Shown here in pieces: positions 1 through 10,340 of a stretch of DNA of 64,000 bases (the first letter of the stretch is position 1; the number at the start of each line of letters is the position of its first letter). The stretch spans positions 111,106,001 through 111,170,000 of the forward strand of contig NW_024704743.1 of the NCBI RefSeq assembly GCF_018977255.1, read 5' to 3'. Both the position numbers and the translations under genes were made by a program. The stretch is from Callorhinchus milii (Eukaryota). Below the pieces are notes generated by a model. It did not search any database. It was not told the origin of the DNA and was given only the letters and a program-made list of their open reading frames with translations.

Positions 1-1467
1 TAAGCAATGACTATTGCTATGGTTCCATCTCCAACAATGTCTAGTCCAAATATGACTATTTTCCATGTGTTGGCCCAGAAATCCAAGGTCAATATGTCCA
101 TAGAGGAGCATCACAGGCCAATACTGTTCTCACTTAATGTCCACATTCCAGTAGCAATCATCTGATCAGATCAGGAACATGAACCCTTACTGATATTTCT
201 CCTCCGCAGAGAGTATTTGTAGTATCCCCACTTACATCACATCTGAGATCAACAAATTTAAACCAAACCAAGAATAAAAACTGTAGCCTTCCTGGTGTGC
301 ATGACTTGCTGCCATCATATGATATGTTTACCCACCAATGGGAATCCAGTATAGCTGTTTGCAACTGTAAACATAAATTGAATGAGTTTGTTTGAAGATA
401 TAATTTATATCTTCATGAAGTAGGTCACAGTATATAATTTAAATTTTTGGCAAATGTACTTAAGTTAGTGACAGAGCAGTAATGATCACAATCTCTACAT
501 TGCAGATCAATATGTGATATCTCACCAAATACTGTACCAGGATCACAAATCTGTTTCTGTTTTAAAGGTGATGGTTAAGAGGAATGCAGTATGAATTTAC
601 CATGTCACAGAGGTAGACATCTCTGCATGTTCATTGAACCTATACTTGAAGCAACAGTAAGTATATACGTAATAAGTAAGATATGGGCCAAACCCTTTAT
701 TGTGCTTATTTATATCAGAGCTTATTTGTGAAATGGTACGGAATAAATGTGCAGTAAGAAACCACAGTGGTTGCTTTTTGCTGATGCAGCCAAAATGAGC
801 TATCTTATTCAAATATTTCTAGACATATTCCAGTTACGTTTAATTACATATCAATGCATGGCCCATCATTTGATGCTGCTTGAATTGTTTTGGTAAAGCT
901 TGCAGCTGAGTTATCTTTCTATAAAGAGCATTAATTAAAATGGGACTTGCTTTCATTAAAGCAGAAATATCCTGTTAAATATTTGATATGCAATAATGCT
1001 GCACATCATTTTGAATATCCATCCAAATGTACAAGCCTTTTACGTTATTTATGAGAACAAAACCTTCCATCTCATTTTTCCAATGGTATGTGTTATTTAT
1101 TTACTAAATGTCTTCAAGGAAAAATATATTCATTTGAATTCTCATAAAATAGTGTCAGAGATACTTAGCTACTTAGATAATGGGCCATTCGGCCCATTGT
1201 GCCATTGCCGACTCTTTTAAAGAAAATTAATGTAATCTTTTTCTAAAAGGTGATATCTATCTGCAGTGCTTTGTAATATTTCTCATCTCTATGTTTTGTG
1301 TTTCTTGCTTTAATCCTTAGCCAGTTGTCAGGTCTGCAGAGACTTGTACCTCTGGGGACAGTAAATTAACTCAAACATCAGGATATCATTATTAATGTTC
1401 TAATATTACGCTTGACACTAAAATAAATACAAAACTTACAGTTTTAAATGAAAATAAAATGTAAAGA

Positions 1468-1780
1468 TAAATAATAATCCTTGCATTTGATATAGCTCTT
1501 TTCATGTCTTCGAGACGTCTCCAAAGCGCTTCACAGAACACACTGTAAAGTGAATTGACTGTATATTTGTGGGCGAACGCGGCAACCAATTGCGCACAGC
1601 AGTGTCCCGCAAACAGTCGTGGATTGAAGTGACCAGTTTATTATTGTTTTTTCTCTTGAGGGATTATCATCAGGCGTGTAGAGTAAGGAAACTTGTCCAA
1701 GCTTTTGCCCTGCCGGGAATCGAACCCAGGCCTCTCGCTTGCGAGACTAGTGCTCTAACCACTGAGCTACAAGATTCCAC
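1468..1780 (-). mobile_element. Young tRNA-derived SINE, short form, full length
   Basis: Pol III A box (TAGCTCAGTGG) and B box (GGTTCGATTCC) head, Deu-like 3' segment, L2-like hairpin tail, (TTA)n end. Confidence 0.9.
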
Positions 1781-1971
1781 TTTACCTGTGCTCGTCCAAC
1801 TATCACTATTTCCCTTCTATTTATTCTTCTTCCTTGTTCTGTTTTACCCTATCTCTACGTTTATGATATTTCTCCTCGTCTCATAGATTTTGTAATTCTA
1901 TTTCTAATTTTCCAACCTGTCACTTACCTTTTCAGATTCTTTCTTCCTGCTCCCAAAGTCCACTTTGGAAG

Positions 1972-2090
1972 GTTTTTTTTGGTCAGCTGAGGGTGTCTAA
2001 CATATGCGGAAACCCATCCCATGCTTAAATGTATCCAAAGCATACTGGGAATTCCACTTATGCATGGAAATTTCCTCATGTTTGGAGTCA
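1972..2090 (-). mobile_element. Unclassified A-tailed repeat (related copies at 3034-3075, 11620-11722, 53251-53304)
   Basis: Shared terminal motif ggatgggtttccgcat...gctgaccaaaaaaa, seen with variations in four copies. Confidence 0.55.
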
Positions 2091-3227
2091 CTTTGGAAGA
2101 TGGGGAGCTAGTTTTTCCAAAACAATTATTTCCATTGTCCCAAAGCCAATTTTTCACTCAAAAAAGGGCCTAAAGGCTCAATGATTGGCAGAGTCTGTCA
2201 TAGATGTCACTGGGTCATTTGTCAAAGAGACGCACGCTTGATGGCAACCTCTATGACCCTTGACGTGATAGCCCCTGGACAAGTTGACCCCAAGGGTTAA
2301 ATATCTGGTGTGAGGTAGTCTGGGAGTAGACTTTTTGGTCACAATTCACCTGTAATAACTTCATGACATTCTGCTCCACAATGGGGATTGCAGTGCGTAC
2401 CCCAATGTTCCCAAATTATGTGGCTGACACATATTAAAATTGCTTTGCAACCACAGTGCAAGCTGATGTATGTATATCTTTAATATATAGCATATTCATA
2501 CTCAAAGAATAAAACTATGTATGCTAAAAATGACTATATTTGCAAACCTTGCTTGTAAAGCTGAAGCCTTTTACTGATTATTTGGTATTTCTATAGAACT
2601 GCCAAGGTCTTAGCCATTTGTTTGGATGTTATACAACTATGATGGATTAAAGCTCCAACACAGAGAGGATTTGTTTGAAAGCGATTTGCTTTGCTTTGTG
2701 CTACAATTCAGGAAAATTCAATCATTTTCCTTCTAAAAGCAAAGTATGAATAATTTCACATTTGGAAATACGTGAAAAAAGAGATGTACACAGGCTGCGG
2801 TAGCTCTCTTATAACAAACAGTCATCAACAATGTTTAGTGTTAACGGTTCATTAATACTAACAGGATAGCTTCCATATGTAGGTGGCCATGCATGTGCAG
2901 AACTCTCTGTCTGGTTCAGATAATAATCATCCTCCTTGCATTTGCTATAGCGGCTTATCACATCATTGAGACGTCTCAAAGTGCTTCACAGAATATCATG
3001 TAAAGTGTATTTTAGGATACTGTTAATGGCGCTGGATGGGTTTCCGCATGTGTCAGCCTGGCTGACCAAAAAACAAAAAAATGATTAATTCACAAGCAAA
3101 TATATGCATATTCATTTTGTTTGGAAGCAACTGTGTTCAGCGCTGATGATATTTTGTGCATCAAGCAAAAAAAGTGTGGGAGGTGAGTTGTTGTTGTACT
3201 GGACACGAATAAAAAAAGGCTTTAATT

Positions 3228-3272
3228 ATATATATGTATATAATATACACACACACACACATATATATATAT
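3228..3272. repeat. (TA)n/(AC)7 compound microsatellite; reads (UG)n on the stmn2 sense strand
   Basis: Direct reading; (AC)7 at 3247-3260. Confidence 0.9.
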
Positions 3273-5743
3273 GAACAGTGTTCTTCTGTTCAAGGTCATA
3301 CTAAGGCAAGGAGAACACTAAGTGAATTGTAGCTGCAGAATTCCCACAAAATGATTTGATAAAAGTCTTTAAATCTGTTTCACGTTGGCCCAGGAGCGTC
3401 AAATGATCTACTTCCAATCAAAGTGGTGTGACTGCAGGTCCCAGGGCTGTCTGCCTCAAGTTAATTCAATTCTTGTCAGCTCTCAGACAGCTCACAAGAT
3501 AAAGCACGTGTACAGTACAATACAATTTACAGGCATAATGTTGCATCTGTGATGAATATGTGTGTGTGTTGGGGGGGGGGGGGTCAGCTAGTGAGAATTT
3601 ACTGAGTTTATCTTTTTGTTATACCTCAATTGCACCTCCTGGTGGCCTGTCATGGAAAGGCAGTGACTTTGTTTGTGGAGAACACAATGGGCCAGGACAG
3701 CCTGCCCTGCCCTTCCATCCAAATGGGAATGTCTGATGGAATGTGCCCTGAAGAAAGAACCTAATCCAGGTTGTGCCATCCGGATTTATGTAACACTGCA
3801 TTTGGTGGACACTGACATGAGCTGAATATGGCTTTTTTTTTGCACAACAAAGAACCATTTATTATGAAGCTTCAGCGTTTCTGAGTTAACGGTCACAAAA
3901 TACCGGACAAGATAACAACTTATATGTTCATGACCCACGCAAGGAATGCGTTTTCTTCTCCAGGAAATACGAATAACTGCCTCTTCTACAGCAAAAAAAC
4001 AGCGCAGTAAAGGAGCCAAGCAGACATTGCTAAAATCCTCCCCAGTATGCCAGCATCATTTCATCAGCCAGCTGCCAAGAAGATGGCTAAACGACAGTGC
4101 AGATTAAAGGCAAACTGAGCCAAGAGGTATTAGATTAGAAAAAAAAGAGAAAGCTTCAATTCCCAGAAAATTATGCAGTAGCAGAGATTTTATATAAAAT
4201 GCAAAGGGAAGGACTCGATGATGATGAGCTGTGTCACCTTATTGCTTTTATTCCCAGACACCGCCCAAGGCTTGTTTTGGCTACCTTAATTTGCACAGGC
4301 ACATCTGATCAGGTTTCAGCCTTTTATTCACATCTGTGACCNTTTTTTTCCTCTCCACCTCCCCTATTAACCCAGCAGCCTCTTGTTTAGAGCAGGCATG
4401 TCCCTGACCTGCTTGTTGGTGGCTGGAGAAAAAGCTTTGCATTGGCGACAGAATTTTTAATGGCATTTTCTGCAGTGATCAGCCTCCCACCAACTACAAA
4501 TTATCAATACTGATTACACAGTGCTGCAGTGGGGAGGGGAGGTAGCTGTGAGCTGCGCAGGGCTGGCTGCACTCCCAGACTTTCGTCTCCAGCCATTTGC
4601 ATACTGTCTCCTAACCAGAACACCACACCCAACCCATCTTCTCCCATGCAATCCATTGCACACTCTATTTTCCCAATAGATCCTCTATTGGGGGAGAGCA
4701 GGCTGGAGATAACTACAATTGTCTCCAAAGAGGGAATAATTCTAGCCATGCATTTGCTTCCTCGAAAACTCCAGATGGTAGCATTTATAGAATAGCACAG
4801 ATTTGGCATCTGCCAGAATTTTGAATGCAACGCGTTTTCCCTGTTCTGGTTCCAACCCATCGCTCTTGTGCTAATATGAATTTACAGGGCAAGTGCAGCC
4901 GCATTAGCTGATGGTTATTTTCCATTGCAATCTTCCCACTTTCTTGCTGAATGGTGAAGAGATAACTACACCCTGCAAACACAGCACTTGTTCAATTGCA
5001 TGGCTAAATTTATATGGAAAAGGTCATCCGTTCCGGGTATTGGAATTCCATGATTTAACGCCGTTTATAAAATCAAAAGTTTTGCCATATTATTTATCTC
5101 CTCCCTTTCTCTCGAAGGATTCCCATTCAGGCAGCACCAAAGCTGATGTCTTTTACACTGTGTCTCAACGCTGTGAGAGAACAGACACATACATTACATG
5201 GGTGGGGTCTGCCTGCATTGTGCGCTGTGTTCTGTCAAAAAAAAACGTAAGCAAAGCACATCACTGAAATAAATTGCACAAAATGCACCTTTATTCTCGA
5301 AAGATTTTAGACAGAAATCGACCCATTTAGAAATGCACGATTAGAAGAGCACTTTTGAAAAAGATAAAACATAGCATGAGACTCATACCTTTTGTTACAC
5401 TTGCATCTTACTTTGTACAATGGAGCTTTCAAGCCTTAAAGATGTTTTTTTTTCTACAGATAAAGTTGGTTTCGTTCAATGCCTACTGTTGCAGATTCAA
5501 GCTGGTGCGTAATTTTAAATTAGATAAGACTAATTGTAGACGTTTTGAAGGTCTTTGTCTTGAGTACTTTCTCCCCACTCCCTCCACCCCCACCAAATGC
5601 ATATTATCACCAGGCTCCCAGATTAAAATCTTTTACCAGCAAAAAAAATTAATAAAAATATATAATTTTTACTTAGCCATTAGCAAATATAATAATGCAT
5701 AAATTCCTAGGAGCCTCGCGAGAGGGAACGGGATAGTGATTTA

Positions 5744-5750
<7 letters not shown>

Positions 5751-5774
<24 letters not shown>
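5751..5774. repeat. (GA)12 microsatellite; (UC)n on the stmn2 sense strand just inside intron 1
   Basis: Direct reading. Confidence 0.95.
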
Positions 5775-5851
5775 AAAAAAAACAGTTTCTATTGGAAAAT
5801 ACACGAGATGTCTTGCTGAGAAATATCAATGCAAAAGGAAGAAATTCTTAC

Positions 5852-5870
5852 CGATTGCTGTTTTAGACAT
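5852..5870 (-). CDS. stmn2: Stathmin-2 (SCG10), first coding exon (19 nt, MSKTAI + phase-1 G); the rest of the gene lies left of the window
   Basis: Minus strand reads cttccaccATGTCTAAAACAGCAATCG|gtaagaa: good Kozak context (A at -3) and a canonical donor. Matches the vertebrate STMN2 start MAKTAM(A)/MAKTAI(A), whose exon 1 carries 19 coding nt with a phase-1 intron. Supported independently by the upstream RE1 and the 5'UTR similarity. Exon 2 (AYKEKMKELS...) was not found in 1-5851. Confidence 0.92.
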
Positions 5871-6160
5871 GGTGGAAGATGCAAAAGCTCAAAGGCTGGA
5901 AGGGAAAGGGATCCAGCTACAGCAACGTAGAGAGAGACGACTGAATAAGGCACTGAATCAGCAGTGTGGAGCTCTGGAAAGGAAAGAATACAGGCAGACC
6001 GCTCTGAATAATAATCACCTGCTGGGCAAAGCAGATTGGCTCAAGAGGTCCCCTGACATGACTGGTGCATACTCTGAATCTCCAGGCATTAAATATTGCT
6101 CCACCAATGATGCTAAAGTACAAAATGCCAGGATGCAGTTTGAAATGCAAATCAAGGTTT
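5871..6160 (-). promoter_or_regulatory. stmn2: stmn2 5'UTR and proximal promoter, CCAAT box at 6035-6039
   Basis: Minus-strand blocks catttcaaactgcat, caatatttaatgc, agtcatgtcaggggacc, gagccaatctgctt, cagtgccttattcagtc and tgctgtagc occur in the same order as I recall in the human STMN2 5' region; repeat-free. Confidence 0.75.
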
Positions 6161-6161
6161 G

Positions 6162-6180
6162 CCCCCCCCCCCCCCCCCCC
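6162..6180. repeat. Poly-C run between the promoter block and the RE1
   Basis: 19 consecutive C. Confidence 0.95.
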
Positions 6181-6317
6181 ACCTCTCTTATTCTGGTAGT
6201 ATATTCCAAGTAAGATGCTCAATGTCTGGCATCAAGAACTGATGCTGTTTGGGAGCATCAGTTCCTATCCCTCTCTGCAATTGTCTCCCCAATTGTGAAT
6301 CCCTTGTGGAATCGACG

Positions 6318-6338
6318 GGAGCTGTCCCTGGTGCTGAA
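6318..6338 (-). promoter_or_regulatory. RE1/NRSE (REST/NRSF binding site)
   Basis: Minus strand TTCAGCACCAGGGACAGCTCC vs consensus TTCAGCACCACGGACAGCGCC (19/21, canonical spacing), ~450 bp upstream of the stmn2 ATG; SCG10/STMN2 is a founding NRSE target. Confidence 0.88.
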
Positions 6339-6944
6339 CAGGAGCTGCCTGAATTCAGAGCTTTTTTTTCAGCACTGTAATCGCAGTGTTGCAGCATCCA
6401 CAGAGAGATGGATAAGAGGGAGAGAGAGAAAAAGAGCATGTGCCACGCCCTTCCTTCATGTATTCCTTTCTGCCTCAAACCAAGCCCAAACATCCATTTT
6501 TAAAAGCAATTTCTACCGCATTCATTGTGACTGCAGCCACTGCCCAAACCCACTCCTTCACTCAGCTGTGGTAACCAGAAGTGCCAACATATGCTGGGAA
6601 TGGGGTGTTTATTCATTCCATTTAGTTTAGCATTAGAATGAAAAGTGCTGGCAGCAGACTGTCTGAAAGCTCAGAACAAAAAACGAACAAGATAAACCTC
6701 AGGGGTGCGAGCAGGTGGCAAACGGAAGGTCTTGACACATTTTTAGGAACAGGCTTTTCTGCAGTGATTGCTGTCTGTGTGGAGATACATTGTCTCTTGG
6801 TTCCAGTTCATTGATTTGATTGACTCTTTCCAGACGCCAACTGGTTAATGGAACCAGAAGGTTTAAACACACAGATCTACTGGTCGTGCAATTTTGTGGA
6901 CCTCTGCGTCGTACCCGCAGTCCAAATTTATTTTTAAGAAAAGG

Positions 6945-7200
6945 ATATTCAGCCTGTCTGACCCCACCCTTTGGAACTCCATCCCACAGTCCCTTCGCCT
7001 CGCCCCTCCCTTGCATCCGCCAAGGCCCATCTCAAGACCTTACACTTCGACTTTGGTCACCCTTCTACCCCCACCCTCCCTGCCCTCCACCCCTTCTGAT
7101 CCCAGCCCTCAACTCGGGTCCAAATCTCTGACTGTCCAGTGCTTTGGGACATCCTCCTGATGAGAAAATGGGGCTAAACAAACTTAATTTGTTGTTGTTT
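6945..7200 (+). mobile_element. L2 LINE 3' fragment
   Basis: FS..PTLWNSIP ORF2 end motif, C-rich 3'UTR, degraded hairpin and (TTG)n tail. Confidence 0.8.
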
Positions 7201-9878
7201 TTGACATTTACCAGTTGATTAAGATCTTGCCCACTAGAAGCAGCGTTCACTATGGGGACATAGACCTTAGTAGCATCACACAATCCTAGGTTTGATAATG
7301 CAGTGCGGTAACCTCAAGGGACCTTACCTCACCACTACTACCACCACCACCAGCTATTTGTTCTTCAATTCCCATGAAAGCTACTTCCATCACAGCTGAA
7401 TATGTTTATTCAAAGCCCACTTGACTCTTTTGCAGCTGACACAGCAGAAAAGGTTAACTTCCATCCTGCTCAAGACAAAATCAGTCTGAACTGTCATATT
7501 TTATAAAATGTGAAAGTTAACCAAATGGCTTTAATTACTGTGTCGAACTTATTCCTTTACACCTATGCCACCCTTCACCTATTTTCCTGATAATAAAATA
7601 AATAAAAAACTTGTACAGTAATTTTCTTTCATGATCACAACATCTGACTCATAATTCCAACCTGCCTGACTACTACAGTTGGAAATGTTAATTAGGTCAC
7701 AGTTAATCTTGGTCCTGGCAGAGACAATATAGGGTGCAAAGATTCTGAGGCTGTGCTTTAACTGCATTGCTGTTGTATGTGGGTGGAGCAGAAGGAATGC
7801 AATCTTGGTTTGGTGAAGCTGGAAGCAGTGAATACTCTGTGTGTCCTTAAGTGCCAGTGGGGTGGTACATGATCCATAGCTCTAGTATAAGGAATGATTT
7901 CCTGCCTGTGGCAGCATAATGGAGCCCATAGGGTTTAATCACAGCCCTAGCAATCTGATCTGAGTTAAATGCAAAGGCTAGGCTATCCTGCAATGCTACA
8001 CTATTGTACAGCAAAAGACATGGCAATTATACATTAATGCACAACGGCTGCTATCAAACCTTGGGTCATTAGAAATTCTTTGGACTCTTTTACCCCTTGC
8101 AAGCATTTAAAAGATTAATAGTGCAACATCATATTTTTTTATGTACAATATCGACATCATATTGAGGCTGTTAACCTCTAAACTGCTTACATTTATTTAA
8201 CAACTCTTTCAAAGCTGATTTCCTGGAGACATTTATAAATGAGCTCATCAAATTACACATCAATGCTTAATTGTCAAAGGGAAGCATATTATTCTTCCAG
8301 ACAAATGTCTGTTAAATACATTATGATTTGATTTAGCTAAAATATGTCCTGTGTCTGGGTTGAAAGAGTTAGATCCTTGACGATTGACTTAATCAAAACA
8401 GCTACATGACTTATAATATTTTATTGTTACCGACAAATTATATTAAAAAATCACTTAAAAATAATAATAATAATTTAGTCAATCAATCCACAGCTGTTTG
8501 TGGGATACTGTTATATGCAATTAACTGCTGTGTTTCGCCCACACAATACACAGTAAATCCACTTCACAGTATATTCTGTGAAGCACCTTATCTCAAAGTT
8601 GTAATAAGATGCTGTATCAAACATAAGGATTATTATTATTATTACTGTATTCTTTAAGTTGGCCTAGGAAATTCATGCTTGCAGTGGACCTTTGACAAAA
8701 ATGGACTGGATTTCCACAAATGTAACACCATTAACGTCAATTGCATGAGGTTGTAAATTTAAAAGTTCTAACATAAAAAATTGATTGGAATAAGAAAGAA
8801 TAGCCTTTTAATATATACTCTATAAAGGACTACTATTACTACAATGGACAGTGTTTTTCAATCACAATGCTTGCAGCTCAAGCGGAGAATCAAACCCCTG
8901 TTCAAATGTAGCTGAGAAAACAAGAATACATTTTTTGTCATATCAAATAGTAAATACCAGTTGTTCTATTACCCCCAACCCCCTTACCTCCAACAAATAT
9001 TTGGATTAACTTTCTATCAACAGACTTCGAAGGACTGTAGTAGTTAATGGTAAATTAACCACTTATGTGTAAATAATATTTGTAGATACTGTAGTCCATG
9101 CTCTGTCATGTGTAAGTGTTAACATGAATGGATAAGTTGTGAAATGTAGCAGAGAATTGCCACAATTAAATTTGTACTAGCATTAGCGCAGTATTCTCCA
9201 TAATGTATTTTTTGGTCGTTGAAAGTAAGAGTATCAGGAAATGTTGAAAGAACAATTAAACTGATAGTTGGCGCATTTAAGGCATCCATAAAATTTGCAT
9301 GCAACAACAATAATTTGCATTCCCTCTACATAGGATGATGTTTTGGAGTGTTCCATAGGCACGGTCGAAGAGTTAGGTCTTTAATTTGGATTTAAAGATA
9401 GAGAGGGGCGAGCAGGAGGCATTGAAGTTCCAGTTCCAGTGGATAGGGGTGTTGGTGGCATGGAGAGGGCTCTGTTGGTCTCATGTTAATTTGTTACTTT
9501 ATTCTTGCAAAGTAAAGGATTTTTAGTTTTTTGTGTTGTTCTAGTAAACTATGGATGGGGTGGGGGGGGAAATGTTTTCTTATTTTAGGGAGGCTTACTC
9601 TTTTGAGTTTGAGAACCTCTGCTCTAGATTAATTTGTTATTTACCTCATGGATTCTTGTGGGACTTTGTTGGAGCAAATGGCTCCTGCATTTGTCCAAAA
9701 ATACAGATCCTCACGTGACAGGGATTATTTGTGAAGCAATTGAGACATTTTGATGTGATAAGGGTCTAAAAAAATACTGTTGTTTCTTAATTTCTGACGA
9801 AGGGGACTAGCATGTCCCAAGCTGCCTCCTGACCCCGGTAAAACACATCTACACATGTTTTTCTGTGTAAAATGCACA

Positions 9879-10340
9879 GTGTCAAACTGGCTCAATTAGT
9901 AACACTGTCTCATCTGAGTTAAAGGTTGTAAATTCAAACCCTTTATCAATACATTAAGCTTACAATCTTGTCTGCCACTTTGGTACAATGCTGGAGGAGC
10001 AATGCATTGTTGGAGGAGCCGTGTTTCAGATGAATTGTTAATCCAAAGTTCTACCTCTCTGTTCAGATAGATGTTAACGAACACAGGGCACTAAGTGAAC
10101 AAAGAAGGGAGTTTCTTCCAGTGTCCTGGTTAACAATCCCTCAGATAAAAATATTCAGCACTGGAATGAGGGAAAATTTATTCTTTTAGCCTGTTTGTAG
10201 GACATTACTGTGTCCAAATTGGTTTGCAGGTTCCTCTTCAAAATATACAGTCACAATACTTTATAGTAAAGTTTGTGAAATGCTTTGAGGCAGTTACCCA
10301 ATGTGACAGGTGAGATATCAAAGTAAGGATTATAATTGTT
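9879..10340 (+). mobile_element. Old Deu-domain SINE (AmnSINE1/SacSINE1-like)
   Basis: tRNA-like head gtgtca..ctggctca, Deu core (tgcattgttggagg.gccgt...cagatga), L2-type tail. Confidence 0.75.

Larger units (their letters stand above)
1..5851 (-). other. stmn2: stmn2 intron 1 (5' portion)
   Basis: Begins at the GT donor (5851-5847, gtaag); no exon 2 sequence found in the window; STMN2 intron 1 is long in vertebrates. Confidence 0.85.

Noticed and set aside
1972..3075. Inverted repeats suggesting a 1.1-kb DNA transposon
   Set aside because: The same motif occurs singly elsewhere with an A-tail and a 10-bp TSD, and I see no TSD around this pair; two independent inserts is the simpler reading.
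4342..4342. Ambiguous base N
   Set aside because: Assembly uncertainty beside a T homopolymer.
5869..6213. 114-aa plus-strand ORF starting at the stmn2 ATG region
   Set aside because: Antisense to the stmn2 5'UTR/promoter, runs through a poly-C tract, and resembles no protein I recognise.
9794..9822. Hammerhead ribozyme core CTGACGA with a GGGAC/GTCCC stem
   Set aside because: Lacks the essential GAAA after stem II and I see no stems I/III; at most a decayed Penelope-type relic.
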